A stretch of 64,000 nt of DNA from Alphaproteobacteria bacterium (GCA_965228895.1 OZ245842.1:3136001-3200000); one strand, 5' to 3'. Shown: positions 30,312 through 40,759, numbered from the stretch's first letter. A program made the numbers and translations. The notes: a model not told the origin generated them from the sequence alone.

Positions 30312-32156
30312 CTACGCTCCAGTGCAGCGTAAACTGATCAGGCGGAACAACACGATCGACTGGTTGCGGCCGCGCAGGGTGGTCGGGCCGAGCGGTTCGG
30401 TGACATAAGCCTGGGACGTCGCGGCCAACGTGTCCTCGGTCACCAGGATCGTGACGTCGCCTTGCATGTGCTGGCGCCCGGCCGCCTCGACTCGGCTCGC
30501 AACATTCACGGTATCGCCGATGGCGGTGTAGTTGATGCGGCTTTCCGCCCCGAGGTCGCCGACAATGGCATCACCGGTATGAATGCCGATACGAACCTGG
30601 ATCGGCGGCTCGCCGCAGTCGCGGCGCTCCTGATTGTTGGCCGACAACGCACGACCTATGGCCAAGGCGGCCCGGCACGCCCGGTCGGCATGATCGACCT
30701 GCTGTTCGGGCGCGCTCCAAAACGCCAACAGACCATCGCCGATGTACTTGTCGATGGTGCCGTCTTCATCGTCGACACAGGCGCCGATGCGCGCGAAGTG
30801 GTCGTTCAGCAAGGCGGCGGTCGCCTGAGGCGTCATGTTTTCGGCCATGGGCGAGAAACCGACGATATCGACAAAAAGAAGTGTCAGCTGCCGTTGGTCG
30901 GCATCGATCCGTTCGCGGCCCTCGCGCACGATCATTTCGACCAGGCGTTTGGGCACGTAGCGCTCGAAGATGCGCAAACCAGCGAACATGGCGTCGAACG
31001 CCTTGGCGGCGCTATCCAGCTCAACGATGCGGCTGCCGGTCAGCGGTTTGTAGGCGTCGAGATCCATGCGCTGAATGGCGATGGCGTTGTCGGTCAGGTG
31101 GCGGAACGGACGCGCCATGCGCCGTCCAAGCAGACCGCCAACGCCGATGAACAGAAACAGCATGCCGACAGCGATGCCAAGCACCCACCAGAACTGCCGG
31201 ACCTCCGTACCTTCGATCGAGGAGTCATAGTGAAAACCGATCAGCCAGGGCGTTTCGCCATAGGCAGACGTCTCGACGAAGATGAAGACCTGCCACTCGC
31301 CGTCTTCGTAGAAGTAGTGGCCTTGTCCGATGTTCATGCTGGCTTGGGAGATTACCGGGCTGGTATCCGGGCGCCAAATTTGGCTAAAGCGGTCGTCACC
31401 GATACTGTGGATCGTCGCCATCGGTTGTTCGAGAGAGGCTTCGAACGTGCCTTCCGTCAGCTTGGGGTGCGCGATGATGTTCTCGCGCCCGTGCAGCACA
31501 AAGACGGTCTGGCCCAGGCCAGTGGACAGTTGTTTGGCATAGCTTGACAGCGCGAAGAGGTCGACGCCGGCGAAGAGAATGCCGAGAAAGCGGTCGCCCT
31601 GCCAGACGGCCTCGCGGCGCACGATAATGGTGCGCCCGACATTGGGACTGAACAACGGATCGCTCCAACCCATGGGCTCACCATCCGGTCCCCGCGCCTC
31701 GGCCTCGCGCATCGCGGCCACCACCTCGTCGCGTCCGGAGAGGTCGTTGACGTAGACGCCGCCATCGGGGCGCTCGACCCGGATCGAGCTGGTGTCGGGC
31801 CGCATGAAGGCAATGGCTGTCACCTGCTCCGTGCCAGCCAAGGCGGCCTCCAGGGCGATTGCCAGCCGCGCGTTGTCGCCGGCGAGCGTGTCGTTCCCCG
31901 CTATCAGGTTGCTGAGATAGACCGACTGACCGTTGACGACCGAGAGGTGATCGTCGACGCGCGCACTAATCGCTCCCAGTGCCAGGTCCGATTCATCGGC
32001 CAGACCTTCGATCAGATCCAGACGCGCGCTGATCGTCGTCAAGGCCAGGACGGTGCCGACCGAGATAAGAACGATCAAGCCCAGTACGATCGAGAACAAC
32101 GATGCGATCGGCAGGCGCAACCGGCTGGGTGCGGTATCCGTGTTCGGTGTGGTCAA
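30312..32156 (-). CDS. Membrane adenylate/guanylate cyclase (sensor-HAMP-cyclase)
   Basis: Two TM segments; LFVDIVGFS, DKYIGDG, RIGIHTG, YTAIGDTVNVASR. Confidence 0.9.
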   Translation of the reverse strand: MTTPNTDTAPSRLRLPIASLFSIVLGLIVLISVGTVLALTTISARLDLIEGLADESDLALGAISARVDDHLSVVNGQSVYLSNLIAGNDTLAGDNARLAIALEAALAGTEQVTAIAFMRPDTSSIRVERPDGGVYVNDLSGRDEVVAAMREAEARGPDGEPMGWSDPLFSPNVGRTIIVRREAVWQGDRFLGILFAGVDLFALSSYAKQLSTGLGQTVFVLHGRENIIAHPKLTEGTFEASLEQPMATIHSIGDDRFSQIWRPDTSPVISQASMNIGQGHYFYEDGEWQVFIFVETSAYGETPWLIGFHYDSSIEGTEVRQFWWVLGIAVGMLFLFIGVGGLLGRRMARPFRHLTDNAIAIQRMDLDAYKPLTGSRIVELDSAAKAFDAMFAGLRIFERYVPKRLVEMIVREGRERIDADQRQLTLLFVDIVGFSPMAENMTPQATAALLNDHFARIGACVDDEDGTIDKYIGDGLLAFWSAPEQQVDHADRACRAALAIGRALSANNQERRDCGEPPIQVRIGIHTGDAIVGDLGAESRINYTAIGDTVNVASRVEAAGRQHMQGDVTILVTEDTLAATSQAYVTEPLGPTTLRGRNQSIVLFRLISLRCTGA

Positions 32157-32181
32157 CCGCGCATTCTTCGGTCGAGGGGTG

Positions 32182-32847
32182 TCAGGCGCGCCTGCCCCGA
32201 AGCCGGGTGAAGAACCCTTCGACCAGGCGGTCCGGGTTGGGCAGGACCTTCTCCAGACGGAAACGGGCCTTTTGGATGCTCATGACGTTATTGATGCGCC
32301 GGTCGAGAAAAGCCCAGGTGTCGGCGAAACCTTCGGACTTGTCGTTGATCCAGTAGAGCAGCGTCGAAGAGTAAACGCCCGCCAGCAGCATGCGCTTGGT
32401 GTAGAAGTTGATGTCGGTCGCGTCATCGCCGGCGGCGCGCCACATGAGATCGACCGTCCTGTAGAGGCCGCGGATCGTGCCCGGCCCGTTCTGCGGCATG
32501 ACCTGAAGCGACAGCGCCCGGCGCACGGCCTCGCGGTGGGGCGCGTGCAGTTCCAGACGCACGCGCACGGCGGTCGCGATGCGCTCGCGGATGCGCATGG
32601 CCGGCAGGTCGCGTGCTTCCAGTGCTTCGACCATGCGCCGGTCGGCCTCGGCGACGAACAGGTCGACCATTTCGTCGGCGCCGCCGGGGAACAGCCGCCG
32701 GATCTCGGCGAGGTCAAACCCCAGATCGTCCCCACCGGCGCGCATCGCCGTCATGGTCCAGCCGTCGAAGGCAACATGGGGCAAGGTTGCCGCGAGCAGA
32801 TCACGGCGCAGCGTGTCGCGGGACGTCTTGGCTTTGGTGGTGGTCAT
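32182..32847 (-). CDS. COQ9 family protein
   Basis: HVAFDGW, RIRERI..AV..RL, WRAAGD..TD.NFYTKR, TWAFLDRRI. Confidence 0.88.
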   Translation of the reverse strand: MTTTKAKTSRDTLRRDLLAATLPHVAFDGWTMTAMRAGGDDLGFDLAEIRRLFPGGADEMVDLFVAEADRRMVEALEARDLPAMRIRERIATAVRVRLELHAPHREAVRRALSLQVMPQNGPGTIRGLYRTVDLMWRAAGDDATDINFYTKRMLLAGVYSSTLLYWINDKSEGFADTWAFLDRRINNVMSIQKARFRLEKVLPNPDRLVEGFFTRLRGRRA

Positions 32848-32905
32848 CGCCTTGTCTCCTTGGGCCCTCTAAACGCTTGTTCGCTCGGAAAAGCCCGATG
32901 GTTCA

Positions 32906-33457
32906 CTACTCGGCCGCCGCATCCTCGCCGGCATCCTCGATGTCGACTTCGCGCGGCGCGTACCAGCGCCATTCGCTTTCAAAGATCAGCTGCGACAGGT
33001 CCGCCATGCGCTGAGGATAGAGGATGCCGTCCAGATGATCGAACTCATGCTGGACGACAACCGCGTGCATGCCGTCGACCGTGCGGTCGATCGCCTCACC
33101 TTCCGGCGTCACCCCGGTGTAGCGCACCATGGGCGAGCGCGGCACCATACCGCGCAGTTCGGGCACCGAAAGGCAGCCTTCCCAGCCTTCGACCCGCTCG
33201 TCGCTCAAGAGTTCCCAGACCGGGTTGACGATGGCCGTGACGCCTTCGTAGTCGGGATCTTCCGGCGTGATAAAGACGGCGACGCGCAGGGGCACGTGGA
33301 CCTGCGGCGCGGCAAGGCCGCGGCCATTGGCGTCGTGCATGGTTTCGATCATGTCGTCGACCAGGCGGCGCACGCCGGGTAGTGTGGGGTCCGGCACCTC
33401 TTCGGCGCGGCGGCCCAGGACCGGATGTCCCATGCGGGCGATTTTAAGGATGGGCAC
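32906..33457 (-). CDS. def: Peptide deformylase
   Basis: G.GLAAPQ, EGCLSVP, QHEFDHLDG. Confidence 0.93.
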   Translation of the reverse strand: MPILKIARMGHPVLGRRAEEVPDPTLPGVRRLVDDMIETMHDANGRGLAAPQVHVPLRVAVFITPEDPDYEGVTAIVNPVWELLSDERVEGWEGCLSVPELRGMVPRSPMVRYTGVTPEGEAIDRTVDGMHAVVVQHEFDHLDGILYPQRMADLSQLIFESEWRWYAPREVDIEDAGEDAAAE

Positions 33458-33466
33458 GCGTTGCTC

Positions 33467-34351
33467 CTAGTTGTGCACGAGATCGGAACCAGAATACCGG
33501 AAACCGAAACCGTTGCCGCGCCCGGTGATATGGCCGATCGACGGCAACGGGAAATGCTGGGTCATGACGAGGACATCGCGTTCGCAGTAGCTGTCCAGAA
33601 ACCGGCGGCGCGTTTCGCCGCCCATTGCGGGATCGAAGTCGAAGGACGGCGACCATTCGGGGTGCGGCAACTGCATGGGGCAATGGATGAGATCGCCGGT
33701 CATGACGCCATCGGCGCCGTTCGAGCGCAAACGGAAGGCGACATGGCCGGCGGTGTGACCGGGCGTCGGTTCAAGCCAGATGTTGTCGTCGAGCTGATGG
33801 TCCATCTCGACAATGACCGCCTGGCCGGACTCGACCACCGGCAAGACGCTTTCCTCGTAGACCTTGTCCTCGCCGCCCGCCTCGGCCGCGGCGGCCTCCA
33901 GCTCGGCGCGCGCGAAAACGTACTTGGCGTTCGGGAAGGTCGGCACCCAGCGGCCATCAAGCAGCTTGGTGTTCCAGCCGACATGGTCGTAGTGCATGTG
34001 GCTGCACATGACGAAATCGATCGCTTCGGGCTGGACACCGGCCGCCGCCAGCTTGGTCAGCAGCGGCGATGCGCCCCATTGGTGGGCATCAGGTGTGCTG
34101 GGGATGGTCTTGTGGCTGCCGATACACGTATCGAGCAGGATGGTGTGACGGCCGGTCCTGACCAGATAGGTCTGGACCGGCATGATCAGCTCTCCCGTTT
34201 TGGGACAGATGGCCGCCGGTTCAAGCCACGACCGGTGGGGTTCGAGCGCTTCCGGCACCGCATCCGGGAAATCGCGATGCGGCAGGCCGGCCAGATCGAT
34301 CCGCTCGACCATGGCCTGAACCTGGATATCGCCGATGGAAAAACCCGTCAT
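33467..34351 (-). CDS. MBL-fold metallo-hydrolase
   Basis: SHMHYDHVGWN, PGHTAGH, GDLIH. Confidence 0.88.
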   Translation of the reverse strand: MTGFSIGDIQVQAMVERIDLAGLPHRDFPDAVPEALEPHRSWLEPAAICPKTGELIMPVQTYLVRTGRHTILLDTCIGSHKTIPSTPDAHQWGASPLLTKLAAAGVQPEAIDFVMCSHMHYDHVGWNTKLLDGRWVPTFPNAKYVFARAELEAAAAEAGGEDKVYEESVLPVVESGQAVIVEMDHQLDDNIWLEPTPGHTAGHVAFRLRSNGADGVMTGDLIHCPMQLPHPEWSPSFDFDPAMGGETRRRFLDSYCERDVLVMTQHFPLPSIGHITGRGNGFGFRYSGSDLVHN

Positions 34352-34503
34352 GCCTTGAAAACCCTGCTGTTCGGCTTCAACTTATATAGTGACGGCGGCG
34401 CTTCACAACCCGTTGGCGCTGTGCTAGAAGCCGCCTCCCAGTTCATTTGAGCCGACTCGGGCCACGGGCCCAGACGACGAAGCCGACGTTAAGGAGACGA
34501 CCC

Positions 34504-34713
34504 ATCGTTCAAGTAAGTGTCCGCGACAACAATGTCGACCAGGCCCTGCGCGCGCTGAAGAAGAAGATGCAGCGCGAGGGCGTGTACCGTGAAATGAAGC
34601 TGCGTCGCCACTTCGAGAAGCCTTCGGAGAAGCGCAAGCGCGAGCAGGCCGAGGCTGTGCGCCGTCAGCGCAAGCTGGCCAGAAAGCGCGCCCAGCGCGA
34701 AGGCGCCGATTAA
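34504..34713 (+). CDS. rpsU: 30S ribosomal protein S21 (start codon apparently non-canonical)
   Basis: [24 protein letters not shown]...FEKPSEKR; AAGGAG RBS at 34491-34496. Confidence 0.93.
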   Translation: MVQVSVRDNNVDQALRALKKKMQREGVYREMKLRRHFEKPSEKRKREQAEAVRRQRKLARKRAQREGAD

Positions 34714-34740
34714 GGCACGGATAGGTCATAGCCGACCACA

Positions 34741-34773
34741 AGGGCGGTGCGCTTCGGCGCAGCCGCCCTTTTT
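34741..34773 (+). terminator. Intrinsic terminator after rpsU
   Basis: agggcgg-tgcgc-ttcg-gcgca-gccgccct followed by tttt. Confidence 0.8.
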
Positions 34774-34807
34774 GCTGCGCAGGCCTGCTTGCGCGCCAGC
34801 GCGCAAC

Positions 34808-35021
34808 CCCCTCACCCCAGCCCTCTCCCTCGCTGGGGAGAGGGAGCCCGGCTTCGTTTCCCTCGCCCCTTGAGGGAGAGGGATGCGCAGGCTCGGGCGC
34901 GTCAGCGCCACGGAGCCCGATCGACCCACATCGAACGATGTGGGTCGTGAATCGGCCTCCGATTATGAGGCAAGAGCTAGGCCACCGAATGGCCTAGCTC
35001 GGGCCGGAGCTGAGTGAGGGG
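34808..35021. repeat. Composite palindromic (REP/MITE-like) element
   Basis: Terminal cccctcac/gtgagggg enclosing several hairpins, e.g. cgacccacatcg-aa-cgatgtgggtcg and gagctaggcca/tggcctagctc. Confidence 0.7.
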
Positions 35022-35047
35022 AAACCGTTCAAACAGGATCCGCTTGA

Positions 35048-36439
35048 TCACCCCAGCGACTTGACGACGTCCTCGACCATCTTCTTGGCGTCGGCGAACA
35101 GCATCATGGTGTTGTCGCGGTAGAAGAGCGGGTTGTCGATGCCGGCGTAACCGGGCGACAGCGACCGTTTGACCACCAGCACCGTGTTCGCCTTTTCCGC
35201 ATCCAGGATCGGCATGCCGGCGATCGGGCTCGACGGGTCGGTCTTGGCCAGCGGGTTGCAGACGTCGTTGGCGCCGATAACGAAGGCGACGTCGGCGGTA
35301 GCGAACTGGCTGTTGATCTCCTCCAGCTCAAACACCTCGTCATAGGGGACGCTTGCCTCGGCCAGCAGCACGTTCATGTGGCCGGGCATGCGGCCCGCGA
35401 CCGGGTGGATGGCATAGGCGACGTCGACGCCTGCCTCCTTCAGCATGTCGGCCATTTCGCGCACCGCGTGCTGGGCCTGGGCGACGGCCATGCCGTAGCC
35501 CGGCACGATGATGACCTTGCTGGCGTTCTGCATGATGAAGGCGGCGTCATCGGCGCTGCCCTGCTTCACCGTGCGGTCGCCGAGATCAGCGCCGGGTGCG
35601 GCACCCTCGCCGCCGAAACCGCCCAGGATGACGTTGAAGAACGAGCGGTTCATGCCCTTGCACATGATGTAGCTCAAGATCGCGCCGGACGAGCCGACCA
35701 GGGCGCCGGTGATGATCAAAAGCTCGTTTTCCAGCGTGAAGCCGATGCCTGCGGCGGCCCAGCCGGAATAGCTGTTCAGCATGGAGACGACGACGGGCAT
35801 ATCGGCGCCGCCGATCGGGATGATCAGCGTCACGCCGATCAGGAAGGCGAGTGCCGCGATGAGCAAGAACGCGAGTTCACTTTGTCCCGTGGCGAACCAG
35901 GCGCCGAGCGCGATAATCGCGATGCCGATGGCAAGGTTCAGGATGTGCTGGCCGGGGAAGACGACCGGCGCGCCGGAGACCAGACCCTGCAGCTTGGCAA
36001 AGGCGATGACCGAGCCGGAGAACGTGATGGCGCCGATCGCCATGCCGATCGCCATCTCGATGCGGCTCGCCATCTTGATGGTGCCGTCGGCGCCGACGAT
36101 GTTGTAGGCCTCCGGCGCATAGAACGCGGCGGCCGCGACCAGGACGGCGGCCATGCCGACAAGACTGTGGAATGCCGCGACAAGCTGCGGCATCGCCGTC
36201 ATCTGGATCCTGAGCGCGATGACGACACCTATCGCGCCGCCTATCACCAGGCCGGCGATAATCCAGGTATAGGAGAGCACGTTCGGATCGAGCACGGTGG
36301 TGACGATGGCGATCACCATGCCGGCGATGCCGATGATGTTGCCGCGCCTGGACGACGTCGGCGACGACAGACCCTTCAGCGCCAGGATGAAGCAGATCGC
36401 TGCGATCAGGTAAGCGATCGCGGAGAGATTGGCTGACAT
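35048..36439 (-). CDS. pntB: NAD(P) transhydrogenase beta subunit
   Basis: MPQLVAAFHS, IGGADMPVV.SMLNSYSG, HPVAGRMPGHMNVLLAEA. Confidence 0.95.
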   Translation of the reverse strand: MSANLSAIAYLIAAICFILALKGLSSPTSSRRGNIIGIAGMVIAIVTTVLDPNVLSYTWIIAGLVIGGAIGVVIALRIQMTAMPQLVAAFHSLVGMAAVLVAAAAFYAPEAYNIVGADGTIKMASRIEMAIGMAIGAITFSGSVIAFAKLQGLVSGAPVVFPGQHILNLAIGIAIIALGAWFATGQSELAFLLIAALAFLIGVTLIIPIGGADMPVVVSMLNSYSGWAAAGIGFTLENELLIITGALVGSSGAILSYIMCKGMNRSFFNVILGGFGGEGAAPGADLGDRTVKQGSADDAAFIMQNASKVIIVPGYGMAVAQAQHAVREMADMLKEAGVDVAYAIHPVAGRMPGHMNVLLAEASVPYDEVFELEEINSQFATADVAFVIGANDVCNPLAKTDPSSPIAGMPILDAEKANTVLVVKRSLSPGYAGIDNPLFYRDNTMMLFADAKKMVEDVVKSLG

Positions 36440-36448
36440 GACCCGGCC

Positions 36449-36745
36449 CTAGCGCTGCTTTTTCTTGAACATCTGCAGCATGCGCTGCGTCACCGTGAAG
36501 CCGCCGAAGATGTTGACGGCGGCCAGCGTCACCGCGACGAACCCCAGGATCTTGGAGAGGTTCATGTCGGCGGGCCCGACGGCGATCAACGCGCCAACGA
36601 TGATGACGCTGGAAATCGCGTTGGTGACTGCCATCAGCGGCGTGTGCAGCGCCGGCGTCACGCTCCAGACGACGTAATAGCCGACGAAGATCGCCAGCAC
36701 GAAGACGGTCAGGCGGAAGACGAAGGGATCGACCGCAGCTTCCAT
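36449..36745 (-). CDS. pntAB: NAD(P) transhydrogenase alpha subunit part 2
   Basis: [31 protein letters not shown]. Confidence 0.93.
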   Translation of the reverse strand: MEAAVDPFVFRLTVFVLAIFVGYYVVWSVTPALHTPLMAVTNAISSVIIVGALIAVGPADMNLSKILGFVAVTLAAVNIFGGFTVTQRMLQMFKKKQR

Positions 36746-36748
36746 TGT

Positions 36749-37906
36749 CTATTCTCCCCCTTGAGCGACCATCAGCGACGGATGAACGAGTTCGCCATCG
36801 CGCATGGCGCAGGCGCCGGCGATAACCTCGTCTTCCCAATCGATGGCGATGGCGCCTTGTTCGGTGTCGACCATGGGCGACAAGAAGTTCAGCAGATTGC
36901 GCGCGTAAAGCGCCGAGGCGTCGGCAGCCAGTCGCGCGGCGACGTTGGCGAACCCGACGATGGTCACGCCACCGGCCTGCACGACCTGATCGTATTCGGT
37001 GAGCTCGCAGTTGCCGCCGCCCTCAACCGCCAGATCGACGATCACCGACCCGGCCTTCATGTCGGCGACCATCTGGGCTGTGATCAGCTTGGGCGACGGT
37101 TTGCCCGGGATCTGCGCGGTGGTGATGCAGATGTCGTTTTTCTTCAAGGCCCCGTGGATCGCCTCGGCCTGGCGGCGTTTGTAGTCCTCGTCCATCTCCT
37201 TGGCGTAACCGCCAGAGGTCTCGGCTTCACCGGCGCCTTCGACCTCGACAAAGCTGGCGCCCAGGCTCTCGACCTGTTCCTTGACGGCGGGCCGGACGTC
37301 AAACGCGGAGACGACACCGCCCAGACGGCGTGCTGTGGCGATCGCCTGCAGACCGGCAACGCCCGCACCCAGGATCAAGACCTTGGCGGGCGCCACAGTA
37401 CCGGCTGCGGTCATCATCATCGGCATAACGTGTTTGTAATAGATGCCGGCGTCCAGCACGGCCTTGTAGCCGGCCAGGTTCGCCTGAGACGACAGCGCGT
37501 CCATCGACTGCGCGCGACTGATGCGCGGCACCAGTTCCATGGCGAAGACGGTCAGGTGGCGCTCGGCATAGCCGGCGAACTGGCCGGCTTCAGCCTGCGG
37601 ATTCAAAAGACCGATCAGAATCGCGCTTGGCGGCATGAGCGACAGTTCGTCGACGCCGCCATCGGCAACCGTCATCGGCCGCTGGACCTTCAACACGACA
37701 TTGGCGCCCGCAAGCGTTTGGGCGGCGTCGGCGGCAATCTGGGCGCCTGCCTCGGCAAATGCCGCATCGCTCAGGCCCGCGCCATCGCCCGCACCCGCCT
37801 CGATGGCGACCTCGAAACCCAAGGCGGCCAGTTTTTTCACCACGTCCGGAGACGCCGCCACGCGGGTCTCACCCGCCCGGCGCTCCCTGATAATCGCGAC
37901 TTTCAT
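36749..37906 (-). CDS. pntAA: NAD(P) transhydrogenase alpha subunit part 1
   Basis: ETRVA, PRISRAQSMDALSSQ, GAGVAGLQA, GGYAKE. Confidence 0.95.
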   Translation of the reverse strand: MKVAIIRERRAGETRVAASPDVVKKLAALGFEVAIEAGAGDGAGLSDAAFAEAGAQIAADAAQTLAGANVVLKVQRPMTVADGGVDELSLMPPSAILIGLLNPQAEAGQFAGYAERHLTVFAMELVPRISRAQSMDALSSQANLAGYKAVLDAGIYYKHVMPMMMTAAGTVAPAKVLILGAGVAGLQAIATARRLGGVVSAFDVRPAVKEQVESLGASFVEVEGAGEAETSGGYAKEMDEDYKRRQAEAIHGALKKNDICITTAQIPGKPSPKLITAQMVADMKAGSVIVDLAVEGGGNCELTEYDQVVQAGGVTIVGFANVAARLAADASALYARNLLNFLSPMVDTEQGAIAIDWEDEVIAGACAMRDGELVHPSLMVAQGGE

Positions 37907-38058
37907 GCCTTCCCCGGTCCACCCTCGCCCGTGTTGCAGTGCACAATGACCGATGGACTGGGGTTTGTGAAGCCCTCCTTGGGGGCGGTTTTCCGGGATA
38001 ATCACGAAACCGCGATGATCTGCCGGGCGCGGTTGACGGTTTCGGGTAAAGGTAATAT

Positions 38059-38074
38059 TTAACCATATGGTTAA
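38059..38074. promoter_or_regulatory. Palindromic ArsR operator overlapping the start codon
   Basis: ttaaccatatggttaa; TTGACG at 38033 upstream suggests a leaderless transcript. Confidence 0.65.
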
Positions 38075-38435
38075 TCAACAACAGGACGATCTGTCGTCTG
38101 CCTTTCACGCGCTGGCCGACCCGACGCGGCGCGCCATCCTGGCCCGGCTGGCGCAAGGCGAAGCGCCGGTCGGCGAGTTGGCGCGGCCGTTCGCCATGTC
38201 GGCGCCGGCGATCACCAAACACCTGAAGGTCCTGGAGCGCGCCGGCCTGATTCGCCGACGCGTCGAAGGCCGCGTGCATCATTGCCGGCTGGAAGCCGAA
38301 CCCCTGTCGCGCGCCCAAGACTGGATCGAAGAACATCGCGCGATCTGGGAACGGCAATTCGATCGCCTGGCACGCTACCTCGAACGCACACAAGACGCCG
38401 ACATCACACCAGAAGATGAGGAGAAAACACCATGA
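38067..38435 (+). CDS. ArsR/SmtB family regulator
   Basis: FHALADPTRRAIL, ITKHLKVLERAGLI. Confidence 0.9.
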   Translation: MVNQQQDDLSSAFHALADPTRRAILARLAQGEAPVGELARPFAMSAPAITKHLKVLERAGLIRRRVEGRVHHCRLEAEPLSRAQDWIEEHRAIWERQFDRLARYLERTQDADITPEDEEKTP

Positions 38436-38878
38436 CCGCCACGCAGCTGAAAACCGAATCGCTGACCATGCAGCGCCGCTTCAAGGCACCACGCGATCGC
38501 GTGTTCAAGGCCTTTACCGATCTGGACGTTCTGCGCGAATGGTGGGGACCGGAAGGCATGGATCTTCCCGAGGCGTCTTTGGACCTGAAGGTCGGCGGCG
38601 CTTATGACTTCCACATGCGCAATTCAGAAGGTGGCATCCACCGCGTTCATGGCACTTATGTCGAGATCGACGAACCCGAACGCCTGGTCTTCACCTGGCA
38701 ATGGGTGCGCGACGAACCGACTGCCGAAATGCTGATCACGCTCACCTTCCGCGACCACGGCGATGAGACGGAGCTTGAGCTGTTCCAGGAGAAGATGCCC
38801 GACGCCGAATCCGTCGCCGGACACGAGAAGGGTTGGATCAGCAGCTTCAACTGCCTTGAACAGTACCTGGCCGGATAA
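38432..38878 (+). CDS. SRPBCC/AHSA1 domain protein
   Basis: RRFKAPRDRVFKAFTD..WWGP, PERLVFTW, H.KGW. Confidence 0.88.
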   Translation: MTATQLKTESLTMQRRFKAPRDRVFKAFTDLDVLREWWGPEGMDLPEASLDLKVGGAYDFHMRNSEGGIHRVHGTYVEIDEPERLVFTWQWVRDEPTAEMLITLTFRDHGDETELELFQEKMPDAESVAGHEKGWISSFNCLEQYLAG

Positions 38879-38892
38879 GGAGCGCGTCGACG

Positions 38893-39522
38893 ATGGCCGA
38901 TCTCATTCTTTACGGCGGGCCGCTCAGCAACTTCGTGCGCACGGCCCGCATCGCCTGCCACGAAAAGGGCGTCGAGTACGATCTGGAATCGGATTTTGAA
39001 TTGAGCAGTCCCGAGCACGCGGCGCGCCATCCCTTCGGGCTGATCCCCGCCATGCGTCACGGCGATATCCGGCTGTTCGAGACCTTAGGTATCGCGACCT
39101 ATGTCGATCGCGCCTTCGACGGCCCGGCCCTGGTGCCCGCCGATGCGCTGGGCGCCGCACGCACCATGCAGTGGGTGAGCGCGTTCACTGATTTCGTCGT
39201 GCGCCACCTGGGCCGCGCCGTCATCTTCGAGCGTCTGGCCAAACCCCATTTCGGCATGGAGACGGACGAAGCGCGCATCGCCGAGGCCATGCCGAAGGTC
39301 GAGCGGATCATGGATGTCTATGACGAGACGCTCGCCGCAGCACCTTACTTTGGCGGTGATAACGCGACGCTCGCCGACTTCTTTATCATCGCCCAGATGT
39401 TCTACGCGGCTATCTGCCCGGACACCGAAACGATGATCGCCAGCAAACCGGCCATCACCGCGTGGATGGACCGCATGAACGAACGCGACAGCGTCAAGGC
39501 GACCGTGCCGCCGTTCGGTTGA
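38893..39522 (+). CDS. Glutathione S-transferase
   Basis: HPFGLIPAM, FET..I..Y, TLAD. Confidence 0.88.
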   Translation: MADLILYGGPLSNFVRTARIACHEKGVEYDLESDFELSSPEHAARHPFGLIPAMRHGDIRLFETLGIATYVDRAFDGPALVPADALGAARTMQWVSAFTDFVVRHLGRAVIFERLAKPHFGMETDEARIAEAMPKVERIMDVYDETLAAAPYFGGDNATLADFFIIAQMFYAAICPDTETMIASKPAITAWMDRMNERDSVKATVPPFG

Positions 39523-39562
39523 GGCACTGTCATGGCGCCGCCGTATCGGCTAGCGTCGCGCC

Positions 39563-40672
39563 ATGACAATTTCGACGACTCTACGTCCCCGTGCCCGAGA
39601 GGCCGGCGTTCCTTTCGAGGGGACACCTGGGCCGCTTAACGCGGTGACCGATATCGCCGGTGTCGAAGTCGGACATACGACGATCGTTCGCGGTGACGGC
39701 CCGCTCGTCATCGGCGAAGGGCCGGTGCGCACCGGTGTCACCGTGGTCTTTCCGCGCGGGCGCGCCGGCGTGATGGATCCCTGCTTCGCCGGCTATCACG
39801 GCCTGAACCCGTGGGGCGAACTGACGGGCATCCAGCGGTTGGAGGCCCAGGGTCTGATGGGCGGGCCGCTCGCGACCACCAACAGCATGTCGGTCGGCCT
39901 GGTGCGCGACACCATCGCGCGCTGGCTGACCGAAGGTCACGACAACGAAACGATGATGACCCTGATGGGCCAATCGATCCGCGTCGTCGGCGAGACCCAT
40001 GACGGTTTCCTGAACGATATCGTCGGCCAGCACGTGACGCGTGAGCACGTGATCGCCGCGCTGGGGGGCGCCACCGGCGGTGCGGTCGCCGAAGGCAGCG
40101 TCGGCGGCGGCACCGGCATGACGGTCTACGAGTTCAAGGGCGGCATCGGCACGGCGAGCCGGGTCGCCGCGACAGAGCCCGGAACCTGGACGCTGGGGGT
40201 GATTGTGCAAGCCAACCACGGGCTGCGCCGCGACCTGACAATCGCGGGTGTGCCTGTCGGCCGCCTTCTGGGCGGCGGACTGCGCGAGCGCGAAGCCGGG
40301 TCGATCATCGGCATGGCGATCACCGACGCGCCGCTGTTGTCGCCACAATTGAAACGCATCGCCCAACGGGTCGGCCTGGGCGTCGCGCGCAGCGGGGCGA
40401 TCGGGCGCAACAATTCCGGCGACATGTTTGTCGCGCTGTCGACCGCCAATCCGGGCACCCTGGCAGCGACCGACGGGCTCCGCGAAGCGCGGTTCCTGCA
40501 CGACGCCCATATCGATCCCCTGTTCGAGGCGGCGGTCGAGGCCGCCGACGAGGCCGTGATCAACGCCCTGTTCGCCGCCGAGACCATGACTGGTTGCGAC
40601 GGCAACAGGGCGCCGGAACTGCCCATCGATGACGTGCTGGAACTCCTTCGTCAGCATGGGCGTAAAGCCTGA
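39563..40672 (+). CDS. DmpA-like P1/S58 family aminopeptidase
   Basis: NAVTDIAGVEVGH, RTGVT, EGSVGGGTGM, GSII autoprocessing site. Confidence 0.88.
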   Translation: MTISTTLRPRAREAGVPFEGTPGPLNAVTDIAGVEVGHTTIVRGDGPLVIGEGPVRTGVTVVFPRGRAGVMDPCFAGYHGLNPWGELTGIQRLEAQGLMGGPLATTNSMSVGLVRDTIARWLTEGHDNETMMTLMGQSIRVVGETHDGFLNDIVGQHVTREHVIAALGGATGGAVAEGSVGGGTGMTVYEFKGGIGTASRVAATEPGTWTLGVIVQANHGLRRDLTIAGVPVGRLLGGGLREREAGSIIGMAITDAPLLSPQLKRIAQRVGLGVARSGAIGRNNSGDMFVALSTANPGTLAATDGLREARFLHDAHIDPLFEAAVEAADEAVINALFAAETMTGCDGNRAPELPIDDVLELLRQHGRKA

Positions 40673-40759
40673 GCCGCATTCGGATGAGAAATCCGGGCGG
40701 GCCTGCTATATGGGGACCGAGGTGGCGCATCTGAACCTGGAGCAACGGAGCCCCGTCGA

